This document shows positions 8,830 through 16,645 of a DNA stretch of 32,000 bases, piece after piece. The stretch's first letter is position 1. Every line of letters begins with the position of its first letter. The notes beneath the pieces are model-generated. The model did no database searches and was not told the DNA's origin. It saw nothing but the letters and a program-made list of their open reading frames with translations. The position numbers were made by a program, and so were the translations under genes. Source of the stretch: Bacillus subtilis subsp. subtilis str. 168 (lineage in GTDB: Bacteria; Bacillota; Bacilli; Bacillales; Bacillaceae); contig NC_000964.3 of assembly GCF_000009045.1 (NCBI RefSeq), forward strand, positions 480,001-512,000, written 5' to 3'.

Positions 8830-10554
8830 ATGGCACACAAAACTGCAGGACAAGCAATGACAGAGCTGCTTGAGCAATGGGGAGTTGATCATGTATACGG
8901 CATCCCCGGAGACAGTATAAATGAGTTTATCGAAGAATTAAGACACGAAAGAAATCAACTGAAGTTCATTCAAACCCGCCACGAAGAGGTAGCGGCACTG
9001 GCAGCCGCGGCTGAAGCAAAACTCACCGGCAAGATCGGAGTCTGTCTGTCAATCGCAGGGCCGGGAGCGGTGCACTTATTAAATGGTTTATATGATGCTA
9101 AAGCCGACGGCGCCCCTGTGCTGGCGATTGCAGGACAGGTTTCTTCTGGCGAAGTCGGACGGGACTATTTCCAGGAGATTAAGCTGGAGCAAATGTTTGA
9201 GGACGTGGCCGTGTTCAACAGAGAGGTACATAGCGCGGAATCACTTCCGGATCTCTTAAATCAGGCGATCAGGACCGCCTACAGCAAAAAAGGCGTTGCG
9301 GTATTGAGCGTGTCAGATGATTTGTTTGCGGAGAAAATCAAACGGGAGCCCGTGTATACTTCACCGGTGTATATTGAAGGGAACCTAGAACCGAAAAAAG
9401 AACAGCTCGTCACCTGCGCCCAATATATTAATAACGCTAAGAAACCGATTATCCTGGCAGGGCAGGGAATGAAAAAGGCGAAACGGGAGCTCTTAGAATT
9501 TGCGGACAAAGCCGCCGCTCCGATCGTTGTTACACTCCCGGCAAAGGGTGTTGTTCCCGATAAGCACCCACATTTTCTCGGCAACCTCGGTCAGATCGGA
9601 ACAAAGCCGGCTTACGAGGCAATGGAGGAATGTGATTTATTAATCATGCTCGGAACGTCATTCCCGTACCGTGATTATTTGCCTGATGACACGCCGGCGA
9701 TACAGCTCGATTCAGACCCGGCAAAAATCGGAAAACGGTATCCGGTGACAGCGGGCCTTGTCTGTGATTCGGCTCTCGGTTTGCGCGAATTGACAGAGTA
9801 TATTGAACGCAAGGAAGACAGAAGATTCCTGAATGCCTGCACAGAACATATGCAGCATTGGTGGAACGAAATTGAAAAAGATGAGACAGAGGCAACAACA
9901 CCGCTTAAACCTCAGCAGGTCGTGGCCCGTCTTCAGGAAGCGGCAGCCGATGATGCGGTGCTCTCTGTAGATGTCGGCACTGTGACAGTCTGGATGGCGC
10001 GTCATTTCAAAATGAACGCGAATCAGGATTTCATCGTTTCCAGCTGGCTTGCGACAATGGGCTGCGGCCTGCCGGGAGCGATTGCAGCGAGCTTGTCCGA
10101 ACCGGAACGCCAGGCGATCGCCGTCTGCGGTGACGGGGGATTTTCCATGGTCATGCAGGACCTTCCGACCGCCGTTAAATATAAGCTCCCGATCACAGTC
10201 GTTATTTTAAACAACGAAAATCTCGGCATGATTGAGTACGAGCAGCAGGTCAAAGGCAATATCGACTATGTCACAAAACTTCAAAATGTCGACTATGCCG
10301 CATTTGCAGAAAGCTGCGGAGCAAAGGGCATCAAAGTGACCAAAGCGGAAGAGCTTGCGCCGGCTTTTCATGAGGCGCTGCACTCTGACCAACCGGTCGT
10401 AGTGGATGTCATGATTGGAAACGAACCGCCGCTTCCTGGCAAAATCACCTACGGGCAGGCGAAAGGCTTTAGCAAGTACATGCTGAAAAACTTCTTCGAA
10501 AACCAAAAATTTGAAATGCCGTCACTGAAGAAAAGTTTGAAACGGTTATTTTAA
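8830..10554 (+). CDS. ydaP: Thiamine-pyrophosphate-dependent pyruvate oxidase-like protein YdaP
   Basis: 574 aa. TPP enzyme motifs HEEVAALAAAAEAKLTGKIGVC and GDGGFSMVMQDLPTAVKYKLPITVVILNN. RBS aaggagg. Confidence 0.94.
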   Translation: MAHKTAGQAMTELLEQWGVDHVYGIPGDSINEFIEELRHERNQLKFIQTRHEEVAALAAAAEAKLTGKIGVCLSIAGPGAVHLLNGLYDAKADGAPVLAIAGQVSSGEVGRDYFQEIKLEQMFEDVAVFNREVHSAESLPDLLNQAIRTAYSKKGVAVLSVSDDLFAEKIKREPVYTSPVYIEGNLEPKKEQLVTCAQYINNAKKPIILAGQGMKKAKRELLEFADKAAAPIVVTLPAKGVVPDKHPHFLGNLGQIGTKPAYEAMEECDLLIMLGTSFPYRDYLPDDTPAIQLDSDPAKIGKRYPVTAGLVCDSALGLRELTEYIERKEDRRFLNACTEHMQHWWNEIEKDETEATTPLKPQQVVARLQEAAADDAVLSVDVGTVTVWMARHFKMNANQDFIVSSWLATMGCGLPGAIAASLSEPERQAIAVCGDGGFSMVMQDLPTAVKYKLPITVVILNNENLGMIEYEQQVKGNIDYVTKLQNVDYAAFAESCGAKGIKVTKAEELAPAFHEALHSDQPVVVDVMIGNEPPLPGKITYGQAKGFSKYMLKNFFENQKFEMPSLKKSLKRLF

Positions 10555-10556
10555 AA

Positions 10557-10597
10557 AAACAGGGGCCCTAAGAGCCCTTGTTTTTTTTTTTTTTTTT
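10557..10597 (+). terminator. Intrinsic terminator after ydaP
   Basis: aacaggggc cctaaga gcccttgtt followed by a T-run of more than 15. Confidence 0.9.
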
Positions 10598-10686
10598 GGA
10601 AACAAATGTATTTTCAGCATGTTTGAATTCATAAAATGATCGGTATATGTATTAGGAACTGATTTCGCCATACTCGAAACAGACAA

Positions 10687-10730
10687 AAGGACAAATGCAT
10701 CTTGTTTCAAAGGAAGATGCATTTGTCCTT
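10687..10730 (-). terminator. Long perfect hairpin, probable terminator of ydzK (minus strand)
   Basis: AAGGACAAATGCATCTT (10687-10703) / AAGATGCATTTGTCCTT (10714-10730), 10-nt loop. On the minus strand it is followed by TTTTGTCTGTTT. Confidence 0.55.
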
Positions 10731-10776
10731 GCATGCTTATTCTTATCAAATCTTACAGAACTCTTCTCATAATAGG

Positions 10777-11046
10777 TTATTTTTCTTTTTTCTTCAGCCC
10801 GAAGAAGAAAGGAAAAGCAGAACCGACCAAGAAGGTGCCGAATAAAAACATGCCGCCGATAAACACGTGGAAATTTGTGTGTCCGGCCGTAAACGCCGTG
10901 ATTAGGGAAATGATACTGAGCACGATCATGGCAATGCCGGGCGCGACTCTCATTTTTCCCTTGGATTTATGGGCAGCAACAGAACATAAAATGCCGATAA
11001 CAATAGGAACAATCCACAAATAAAACAGAATAAATACTGACATCAT
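10777..11046 (-). CDS. ydzK: Small integral membrane protein (YdzK-like)
   Basis: 89 aa from ATG 11046 (MMSVFILFYLWIVPIVIGILCSVAAHKSKGK...), CGGAG RBS, three hydrophobic segments. Symbol assigned from synteny. Confidence 0.75.
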   Translation of the reverse strand: MMSVFILFYLWIVPIVIGILCSVAAHKSKGKMRVAPGIAMIVLSIISLITAFTAGHTNFHVFIGGMFLFGTFLVGSAFPFFFGLKKKEK

Positions 11047-11120
11047 CAAAACTCCGATTTTTCTTCTATCATAACAAATTTCTGTCAAAAAGGGTATCAA
11101 TGAGCTTTTGCGGAAAAATA

Positions 11121-11145
11121 AAAACCGGCTTTAGAAGCCGGTTTT
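11121..11145 (-). terminator. Terminator of mntH (structure symmetric)
   Basis: AAAACCGGCTT tag AAGCCGGTTTT, flanked by A and T runs. Confidence 0.9.
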
Positions 11146-11146
11146 T

Positions 11147-12424
11147 TTATCGAAACGTATCTACAATTAAAAACACATTCAAAGCAACGATCAATACAGC
11201 AATCAGCCAAGACACCACTGTGATCCATTTGGCGTTGATCAGAGATCCCATGATCCGTTTATTGCTTGTAAACATAATAAGCGGAATGAGGGCAAAGGCG
11301 ATCCCGAAGGACAGCACGACCTGGCTCAGTACGAGAGCGGTCGTCGGATTAACACCTGACGCGATGATCAAGATCGGCGGAATGATCGTGATAAAACGCC
11401 GTACATACAGCGGAATGCGGTAGTTGATAAATCCTTGCATAATCACGTCGCCTGAAAGTGTGCCGACAGACGAACTGGATAGACCGGCAACGAGCAGCCC
11501 GATCCCGAACAAAGCCGCAGACATAGGGCTGACAAGATGTCCGAATTGCTGAAATGCGACGTCGAGATCCTCAACAAACAGGCCGTTTTTGAAGAATAAT
11601 GCGGCAGCCACAATCAGCATACTTGCATTAATAGCCCCTGCAATCAGCATCGCTATTAAAATATCAATAAATTCAAACCTAAAGATTTTTTTCCGTTCTG
11701 CATCAGTTTTGCCAACCACCCGCCGCTGTGTAAGGGCAGAGTGTAAATAAATGGCGTGCGGCATAACAGTTGCGCCAAGAATACCCGCTGCAAGAAGCAC
11801 ACTGTCGGTGCCATGAAACGCCGGGACAAAAAGGCCCTTCATCACTGACACGGCATCAGGCTTTGCGAAAAAGGTCTGCAACGCAAAGGCGATCACGACC
11901 ACAAACAGCATACCGGCAATACCTGCTTCAAGTGAGCGATAACCACGGCGCTGAAGCTCCAATATCGCGAAAGAACCGATCGCCGCAATAATAGACGCTT
12001 CAAGCATCGGAATGCCGAACAGCAAATACAGTCCCAGAGCCGCTCCGATAAATTCCGCCAGATCAGTTGCGATAATGACCAACTCGCCCTGAATCCATAA
12101 TCCGATCGAGACAGGCTTCGGGAATTCTTCACGGGCAACCTCAGGCAGATTTTTGCCTGTCGCAATACCGAGTTTGGCGGATAGGGATTGAATTAAAAGC
12201 GCCATGATATTGGAAAATAAGATCACCCATAAGAGCATATATCCGTATTTAGAACCCGCCGAAATATTCGTTGCGAAGTTGCCGGGATCAATATAGGCAA
12301 TGGCTGCTATAAATGCAGGGCCGAGAAAAGGGAGCAGCCCTCTGAATCCTCTGATTTTCCCGTCAAGCGCATCTTGGACGGCTTTGGAACGGGGAGATTG
12401 TGCTGTGATGTCCTTGTTCATCAT
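11147..12424 (-). CDS. mntH: Proton-coupled Mn2+ transporter, NRAMP family
   Basis: 425 aa. NRAMP motifs AYIDPGNFATNISAGSKYGY and MPHAIYLHSAL. Confidence 0.97.
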   Translation of the reverse strand: MMNKDITAQSPRSKAVQDALDGKIRGFRGLLPFLGPAFIAAIAYIDPGNFATNISAGSKYGYMLLWVILFSNIMALLIQSLSAKLGIATGKNLPEVAREEFPKPVSIGLWIQGELVIIATDLAEFIGAALGLYLLFGIPMLEASIIAAIGSFAILELQRRGYRSLEAGIAGMLFVVVIAFALQTFFAKPDAVSVMKGLFVPAFHGTDSVLLAAGILGATVMPHAIYLHSALTQRRVVGKTDAERKKIFRFEFIDILIAMLIAGAINASMLIVAAALFFKNGLFVEDLDVAFQQFGHLVSPMSAALFGIGLLVAGLSSSSVGTLSGDVIMQGFINYRIPLYVRRFITIIPPILIIASGVNPTTALVLSQVVLSFGIAFALIPLIMFTSNKRIMGSLINAKWITVVSWLIAVLIVALNVFLIVDTFR

Positions 12425-12464
12425 GTCTCACCTGAATTCTGTTTGTTTTTGCCGTACAACAAAG

Positions 12465-12483
12465 AGTTTCCTTAAGGCAAATT
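12465..12483 (-). promoter_or_regulatory. MntR operator of mntH
   Basis: Minus strand AATTTGCCTTAAGGAAACT, matching the described MntR box TTTGCCTTAAGGAAACT, 41-59 nt upstream of the mntH start. Confidence 0.85.
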
Positions 12484-12599
12484 ATTTTATCTACATCATA
12501 TGACCATCCCGGTTTCTTGTCAACCGAAAATGTTCAAAATACACTTCTGAATTTTTCCCTGTTATGTAACATGATATGTAGGGATTCGTGATAAGGTCC

Positions 12600-12634
12600 C
12601 ATATAAAAAGACATCGTTTCATTTCGAAACGATG
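12600..12634 (-). terminator. Terminator after ydaS
   Basis: Minus strand CATCGTTTC GAAAT GAAACGATG TCTTTTTATAT. Confidence 0.8.
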
Positions 12635-12653
12635 CCTCCTGTATCTAATGAGT

Positions 12654-12914
12654 CTAGGCTTCCTTCCGCAGCCCGCGGAATATAAGGCCCAGCAAGAACA
12701 CGAAGATGGCTGCCCCGATGATGGCCGGGAAAATAGCAAAGCCGGCGAGGCTCGGTCCCCATGTGCCAAGAAGTCCGTGCCCAATCCAAGCGCCGATCAG
12801 CCCGGCAATCATAGAGCCGAAAATTCCTCCCGGCAGCCGGTTTCCTACAATGGCGCTCCCAATTAATCCGATAACAATTGCAACAACTAATGAAACCAAA
12901 AAGCTAAGCATCAT
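12654..12914 (-). CDS. ydaS: GlsB/YeaQ/YmgE-family small membrane stress protein YdaS
   Basis: M(M)LSFLVSLVVAIVIGLIGSAIVGNRLPGGIFGSMIAGLIGAWIGHGLLG... (glycine-rich transglycosylase-associated family). AGAGG RBS; start 12914 or 12911. Confidence 0.9.
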   Translation of the reverse strand: MMLSFLVSLVVAIVIGLIGSAIVGNRLPGGIFGSMIAGLIGAWIGHGLLGTWGPSLAGFAIFPAIIGAAIFVFLLGLIFRGLRKEA

Positions 12915-12944
12915 GATCACCTCTCATAAATGATTTACCAATCA

Positions 12945-12970
12945 ATAACCGCTCCTGATCATTTCGAAAC
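12945..12970 (-). promoter_or_regulatory. Candidate SigB promoter of ydaS
   Basis: Minus strand GTTTCG, 14 bp, GGTTAT. Confidence 0.55.
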
Positions 12971-12988
12971 ACTTGAAAGCATATTCCT

Positions 12989-13441
12989 TTATGATCCTGT
13001 TTTAATCTTTCTCTGCACACTGCCGTCAGCTAAATGAACAATGACCTCAGTGCCTTTATGCGCCGCGATTTCCTTTGCCCGTTCAATCGCTTCTTTCTTT
13101 GTATCCTTGATTTCAGACACACGTTTGGCGCCCTCGGCTTTGACTGCCCAGCCTTTTTTATGCTTAATAACATGCTCTGCTTTATTCATGAGCTCGGGGC
13201 CGCTGCCGCTGCTTGGATCAGCATCGCGTTCTGTCTCATCATCATGCGTCAGGAAATCATCAATTTCATCTGTAGAGGCGTTTTCCGCCCATTCCTTCGC
13301 TTTGCTTGTCGCAATTGGAATCGCGCGCCCTTCCTCATAGCCTTCATCAATCATCGCATTCGCAATGTCTATCGCCTTTTTTCTCACCGGCTTCTCAAGA
13401 TTTTTTAATGAAGCAGGATAATCCTTCATCGACCAAGGCAT
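12989..13441 (-). CDS. ydaT: General stress protein YdaT (ChaB-like N-terminus plus DUF2188 C-terminus)
   Basis: 150 aa from ATG 13441 (MPWSMKDYPASLKNLEKPVRKKAIDIANAM...WAVKAEGAKRVSEIKDTKKEAIERAKEIAAHKGTEVIVHLADGSVQRK) with RBS AAAAGGAGTG. The tracked upstream start runs through the promoter. Confidence 0.9.
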   Translation of the reverse strand: MPWSMKDYPASLKNLEKPVRKKAIDIANAMIDEGYEEGRAIPIATSKAKEWAENASTDEIDDFLTHDDETERDADPSSGSGPELMNKAEHVIKHKKGWAVKAEGAKRVSEIKDTKKEAIERAKEIAAHKGTEVIVHLADGSVQRKIKTGS

Positions 13442-13472
13442 GTCTATCACTCCTTTTCCTTTTATAAAAATG

Positions 13473-13497
13473 GTACCCGCAGGTGAAAAATAAAAAC
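13473..13497 (-). promoter_or_regulatory. SigB promoter of ydaT
   Basis: Minus strand GTTTTT, 13 bp, GGGTAC. Confidence 0.7.
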
Positions 13498-13558
13498 GCA
13501 TCCGAAAAAATGAAGGTATACTATATAGTAGAAAAAACGGAAGGGAAGTGCGGGTTGG

Positions 13559-14377
13559 GTGCCAACAGAACGAAAAGAAGACTTACATCAGCAATTAAAA
13601 GAGATAGAGAAATGGGAAAAAGATCAGCAAAAAGTCTGGTTTTGGGAAAAGCTCAGCCGTCTCCCGTTTCAACTCCTGGACAAGCTGACACCAGAATTCA
13701 TCCAGAAAAAGATCGGCAAGCTCTTGGATGAGGTCGGCAGCTTTGTTCAAACAGGCGGACAGTACCTGACATCTGAAAAACAGATTATCAGGATGTTTCA
13801 AAAGAAACTGCCGGAGGAGATCTTTGAATCGCTGGAGGACATCCGGAAAGCGCCTCTTCCTGTCATGGATGAAATTGCGGAAGGAATGGGCAAAAACAGA
13901 ACCAACGCAGCAACCGTTCAAGGCGCGACAACCGGTGTGGGCGGCGTGTTTACGCTGGCGGCAGACATTCCGGCAGTGCTTGGCTTATCACTAAAAACAT
14001 TACAGGATATCGCAGTCGCATACGGCTATGACCCAAAGGAGAAAAAAGAACGAGTCTTCATTGTGAAATGCCTGCAGCTTACGTCGGCTGATGTTGTCGG
14101 CAAAAGATCGATTTTGCAGGAATTAAAACACTACGATCAAGACCGTACATATAAGAATGTCGCTTCTCAAATCCAAGGCTGGCGAGAAGTCGTTTTGGGC
14201 TATCGAGACACGTTTGGCTGGAAAAAACTTTTCCAGATAGTGCCGGTTGCCGGAATGGTTTTTGGCGCCGCTGCCAATCGCTCAACATTAAACGACATTA
14301 CCGAGACAGGCATGATGCTGTACAAAAAGAGGCGCATTCTTGAACGACTGAAAGAAACAGAACGAGAGATGGAATAG
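13559..14377 (+). CDS. ydbA: EcsC-family protein YdbA
   Basis: 272 aa from GTG 13559. EcsC-like region with AATVQGATTGVGGVFTLAADIPAVLGLSLKTLQDIAVAYGYD. No ATG in frame upstream of the TAG at 13529, so the start is weakly supported. Confidence 0.8.
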   Translation: MPTERKEDLHQQLKEIEKWEKDQQKVWFWEKLSRLPFQLLDKLTPEFIQKKIGKLLDEVGSFVQTGGQYLTSEKQIIRMFQKKLPEEIFESLEDIRKAPLPVMDEIAEGMGKNRTNAATVQGATTGVGGVFTLAADIPAVLGLSLKTLQDIAVAYGYDPKEKKERVFIVKCLQLTSADVVGKRSILQELKHYDQDRTYKNVASQIQGWREVVLGYRDTFGWKKLFQIVPVAGMVFGAAANRSTLNDITETGMMLYKKRRILERLKETEREME

Positions 14378-14380
14378 CAG

Positions 14381-14416
14381 AAAGCAGACGGACACCGCGA
14401 TCCGCCTGCTTTTTTT
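14381..14416 (+). terminator. Intrinsic terminator after ydbA
   Basis: aaagcagacgga caccgcga tccgcctgct ttttttt (one mismatch in stem). Confidence 0.82.
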
Positions 14417-14445
14417 AGTGGAAACATACCCAATGTGTTTTGTTT

Positions 14446-14470
14446 GTTTAAAAGAATTGTGAGCGGGAAT
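14446..14470 (+). promoter_or_regulatory. SigB promoter of gsiB
   Basis: GTTTAA (14446-14451), 13 bp, GGGAAT (14465-14470). Canonical gsiB promoter. Confidence 0.93.
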
Positions 14471-14505
14471 ACAACAACCAACACCAATTAAAGGAGGAAT
14501 TCAAA

Positions 14506-14877
14506 ATGGCAGACAATAACAAAATGAGCAGAGAAGAAGCAGGTAGAAAAGGCGGAGAAACAACAAGCAAGAACCATGACAAAGAATTCTATCAAGAGAT
14601 TGGTCAAAAAGGCGGAGAAGCCACTAGCAAAAACCATGACAAAGAATTCTATCAGGAAATCGGCGAAAAAGGCGGAGAAGCCACTAGCAAGAACCATGAC
14701 AAAGAGTTCTATCAAGAAATCGGTGAAAAAGGCGGAGAAGCCACTAGCGAAAATCATGACAAAGAATTCTATCAAGAAATCGGCCGAAAAGGCGGAGAGG
14801 CAACAAGCAAAAATCATGATAAAGAATTCTACCAAGAAATTGGCTCAAAAGGCGGAAACGCCCGCAACAACGACTAA
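14506..14877 (+). CDS. gsiB: General stress protein GsiB (LEA-like, 20-aa repeats)
   Basis: 123 aa. MADNNKMSREEAGRKGGE followed by repeats (T/A)(T/S)SKNHDKEFYQEIG. RBS aaaggagg. Confidence 0.97.
   Translation: MADNNKMSREEAGRKGGETTSKNHDKEFYQEIGQKGGEATSKNHDKEFYQEIGEKGGEATSKNHDKEFYQEIGEKGGEATSENHDKEFYQEIGRKGGEATSKNHDKEFYQEIGSKGGNARNND
14551..14850 (+). repeat. Five tandem 60-bp in-frame repeats inside gsiB
   Basis: Units at 14551, 14611, 14671, 14731 and 14791, each ggcggag..(20 codons), plus a partial copy to about 14865. Confidence 0.95.
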
Positions 14878-14910
14878 TCAAAAGCATAAAGGCAGACAAC
14901 CTGTAAATAA

Positions 14911-14948
14911 AAAAGCGATCCGGCACATCAGCTGGATCGCTTTTTTTT
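14911..14948 (+). terminator. Terminator after gsiB
   Basis: aaaagcgatcc ggcacatcagct ggatcgctttttttt. Confidence 0.88.
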
Positions 14949-15008
14949 GGAATCTTCTCAATTTATGCCGCTATTGAGATACAATAAGTGAAAAAGGGGT
15001 TTTCGCTA

Positions 15009-15350
15009 ATGTCCAAGATGCAAAACTTGCTCGCCATCGCAAATGAAGTCAAAGAAAAGCACGCCAATTTTTCAATCTCAGAGGTCAACGACCACTGCGT
15101 GCGCCTTGCGGTGTTTACGGGAGAATATGACTGGCACCATCACCCTGACTCAGACGAATTGTTTATTGTTCTTGAAGGGGAGCTGCTGATCGATTTTAAG
15201 GACAAAGAAACCGCGGTGCTCAAAGCAAATGACAGCCTGCTGATCCCTAAAGGCACGGTTCACCGCACACGCTCTTACGTCAGAACGGTAAATCTCTGTG
15301 TGGAGCATAAACAAGCCGAAACCGTCATCATAGAGGAGCAGCCATGCTAA
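15009..15350 (+). CDS. ydbB: Small cupin-domain protein YdbB
   Basis: 113 aa from ATG 15009. Cupin motifs WHHHPDSDELFIVLEGEL and PKGTVHRT. The alternative start GTG 14988 overlaps the putative RBS. Confidence 0.88.
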   Translation: MSKMQNLLAIANEVKEKHANFSISEVNDHCVRLAVFTGEYDWHHHPDSDELFIVLEGELLIDFKDKETAVLKANDSLLIPKGTVHRTRSYVRTVNLCVEHKQAETVIIEEQPC

Positions 15351-15703
15351 TCAAAAAGATGATATGTGAAGTAGATGCTGCAAACGCTGAAGCATTTGCA
15401 AAAGCGCAGTCACAGTGGGAAGCGTTATCGCATATAAGCGGCTTTATCAAACAGGCCGGCGGCTGGCGAAAAACGATAGACGAGCCGCTCACCGCAGAAA
15501 TCATCAGTGTATGGGAAAACAGAGAAGCCTATGATCATTTTATGGAGAACGAACATGACAGCATATACGAGGAAAACGATCAGAAGGCTGTAATTCTTTC
15601 GATAGAGGTGACGGTGTACGAAGAGGATAAACCGTTCGTTCACGATCTGTTACATAACCCCGATATCCGGTACGAACCAAACTGGACGGTTCTGAAGGCA
15701 TAA
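15344..15703 (+). CDS. ydbC: ABM/YdbC-like antibiotic biosynthesis monooxygenase-fold protein
   Basis: 119 aa; overlaps the ydbB end. DUF4937-type sequence MLIKKMICEVDAANAEAFAKAQSQWEAL...GFIKQAGGW. Confidence 0.82.
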   Translation: MLIKKMICEVDAANAEAFAKAQSQWEALSHISGFIKQAGGWRKTIDEPLTAEIISVWENREAYDHFMENEHDSIYEENDQKAVILSIEVTVYEEDKPFVHDLLHNPDIRYEPNWTVLKA

Positions 15704-15706
15704 TCA

Positions 15707-15733
15707 AAGCCCAAAACATCATGTTTTGGGCTT
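15707..15733. terminator. Terminator hairpin between convergent ydbC and ydbD
   Basis: AAGCCCAAAAC atcat GTTTTGGGCTT. Perfect 11-bp stem with a modest T-rich tail. Confidence 0.75.
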
Positions 15734-15739
15734 GTCTCT

Positions 15740-16561
15740 TTACTCGCGTCCCGGAAGTGTATTATGAACAAAAGGCGGTGCTGGTTTTAACTCCGGTTTT
15801 TCTCCAAACGTTTTTGCTTCTTTCACATATTCAAAGGCTTCTCCGTCCGGCGCTTTTTCATTCAGCCAGTTTTGCTCGGCGCTTACTTCGCCTTCAGAGA
15901 AATTGATAAGCTGATGTGAGAACTCTTGTTTTTCGAGCGCTTTCGGGAATGTACCCGGCACAACCGGACCTTCCTGTGCTTCTAATTCTTTAATGGCGGC
16001 GAGCCATTGGTTCTGGTGCATCGTGTCACGCGCCAGCAGGAAGCTGAGCATATCTTTGACGCCTTTGTCATCCGTCATTTCAAACAGGCGTGCGACCTGC
16101 AGACGGCCCTGAGATTCCGCATTCAGGTTGGCGCGGAAGTCTGCCAGCAGGTTTCCGCTTGCTACGATATAACCGCCGCTCCAAGGTACGCCTGTACTGC
16201 TTTCCGGCATGGCGCCAAGTCCTGATACAATCGCATGGTGAGGGTTCATGCCGCCTAGGATGGAGCCGATGACCGGATCTTCAGCAGCTTTTTCCTGCTG
16301 ATCAAGAGGGGCATCCTCAAGAAGTCTGGCAATCATCGTTGCGATCATTTCAACATGCCCGAGCTCCTCAGTTGCCGTATCCATCAGCAAGTCCTTGTAT
16401 TTTTCATTTCCTCTTGTGTTCCAGCCTTGAAATAAGTACTGCATGGCAACTGAAATTTCTCCGAATTGCCCGCCTAAAATTTCTTGCATTTTTTTAGCGA
16501 ATAATGGATCTGGACGATCTGGTTTAGCAGGATGCTGCAGCATTTTTGTGTGCTTAAACAT
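15740..16561 (-). CDS. ydbD: Manganese-containing catalase YdbD
   Basis: 273 aa. DPLFAKKMQEILGGQFGEISVAMQYLFQGWNTRG...ATEELGHVEMIATMIARLL. Confidence 0.95.
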   Translation of the reverse strand: MFKHTKMLQHPAKPDRPDPLFAKKMQEILGGQFGEISVAMQYLFQGWNTRGNEKYKDLLMDTATEELGHVEMIATMIARLLEDAPLDQQEKAAEDPVIGSILGGMNPHHAIVSGLGAMPESSTGVPWSGGYIVASGNLLADFRANLNAESQGRLQVARLFEMTDDKGVKDMLSFLLARDTMHQNQWLAAIKELEAQEGPVVPGTFPKALEKQEFSHQLINFSEGEVSAEQNWLNEKAPDGEAFEYVKEAKTFGEKPELKPAPPFVHNTLPGRE

Positions 16562-16595
16562 GTACCCATCTCCTTTTTCGTTTATCTCTTTTTAT

Positions 16596-16620
16596 ATTTC
16601 CGATCGATAGAAAGATAAAC
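16596..16620 (-). promoter_or_regulatory. Candidate SigB promoter of ydbD
   Basis: Minus strand GTTTAT, 13 bp, GGAAAT, ending about 35 nt upstream of the ydbD ATG. Confidence 0.65.
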
Positions 16621-16645
16621 GAAAAACAGCGTATCGAGATGGGAA

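Noticed and set aside
10546-10749. Minus-strand 67-aa ORF spanning the ydaP terminator
   Set aside because: Runs through a T-rich terminator and the 17-bp inverted repeat; low-complexity translation (KKKKK).
13483-13731. 82-aa plus-strand ORF overlapping the ydbA start
   Set aside because: No family resemblance; it overlaps the well-supported YdbA frame. Kept only as a note on the uncertain ydbA start.
14551-14850. Regular repeat that might suggest a CRISPR-like array
   Set aside because: Period is exactly 60 bp with no unique spacers, and it is entirely in frame within gsiB.
14488-14977. Long antisense (14488-14835, minus) and +2 (14576-14977) ORFs over gsiB
   Set aside because: They exist because the 60-bp coding repeat lacks stops in those frames. 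Products are low-complexity repeats of the same unit, with no RBS.
16574-16626. Interpretation of the ydbD inverted repeat as an intrinsic terminator of dctB
   Set aside because: The second arm is A-rich at its 3' end and is followed by GGAGATG, not a U-tract, and the stem is AT-rich with a 25-nt loop.
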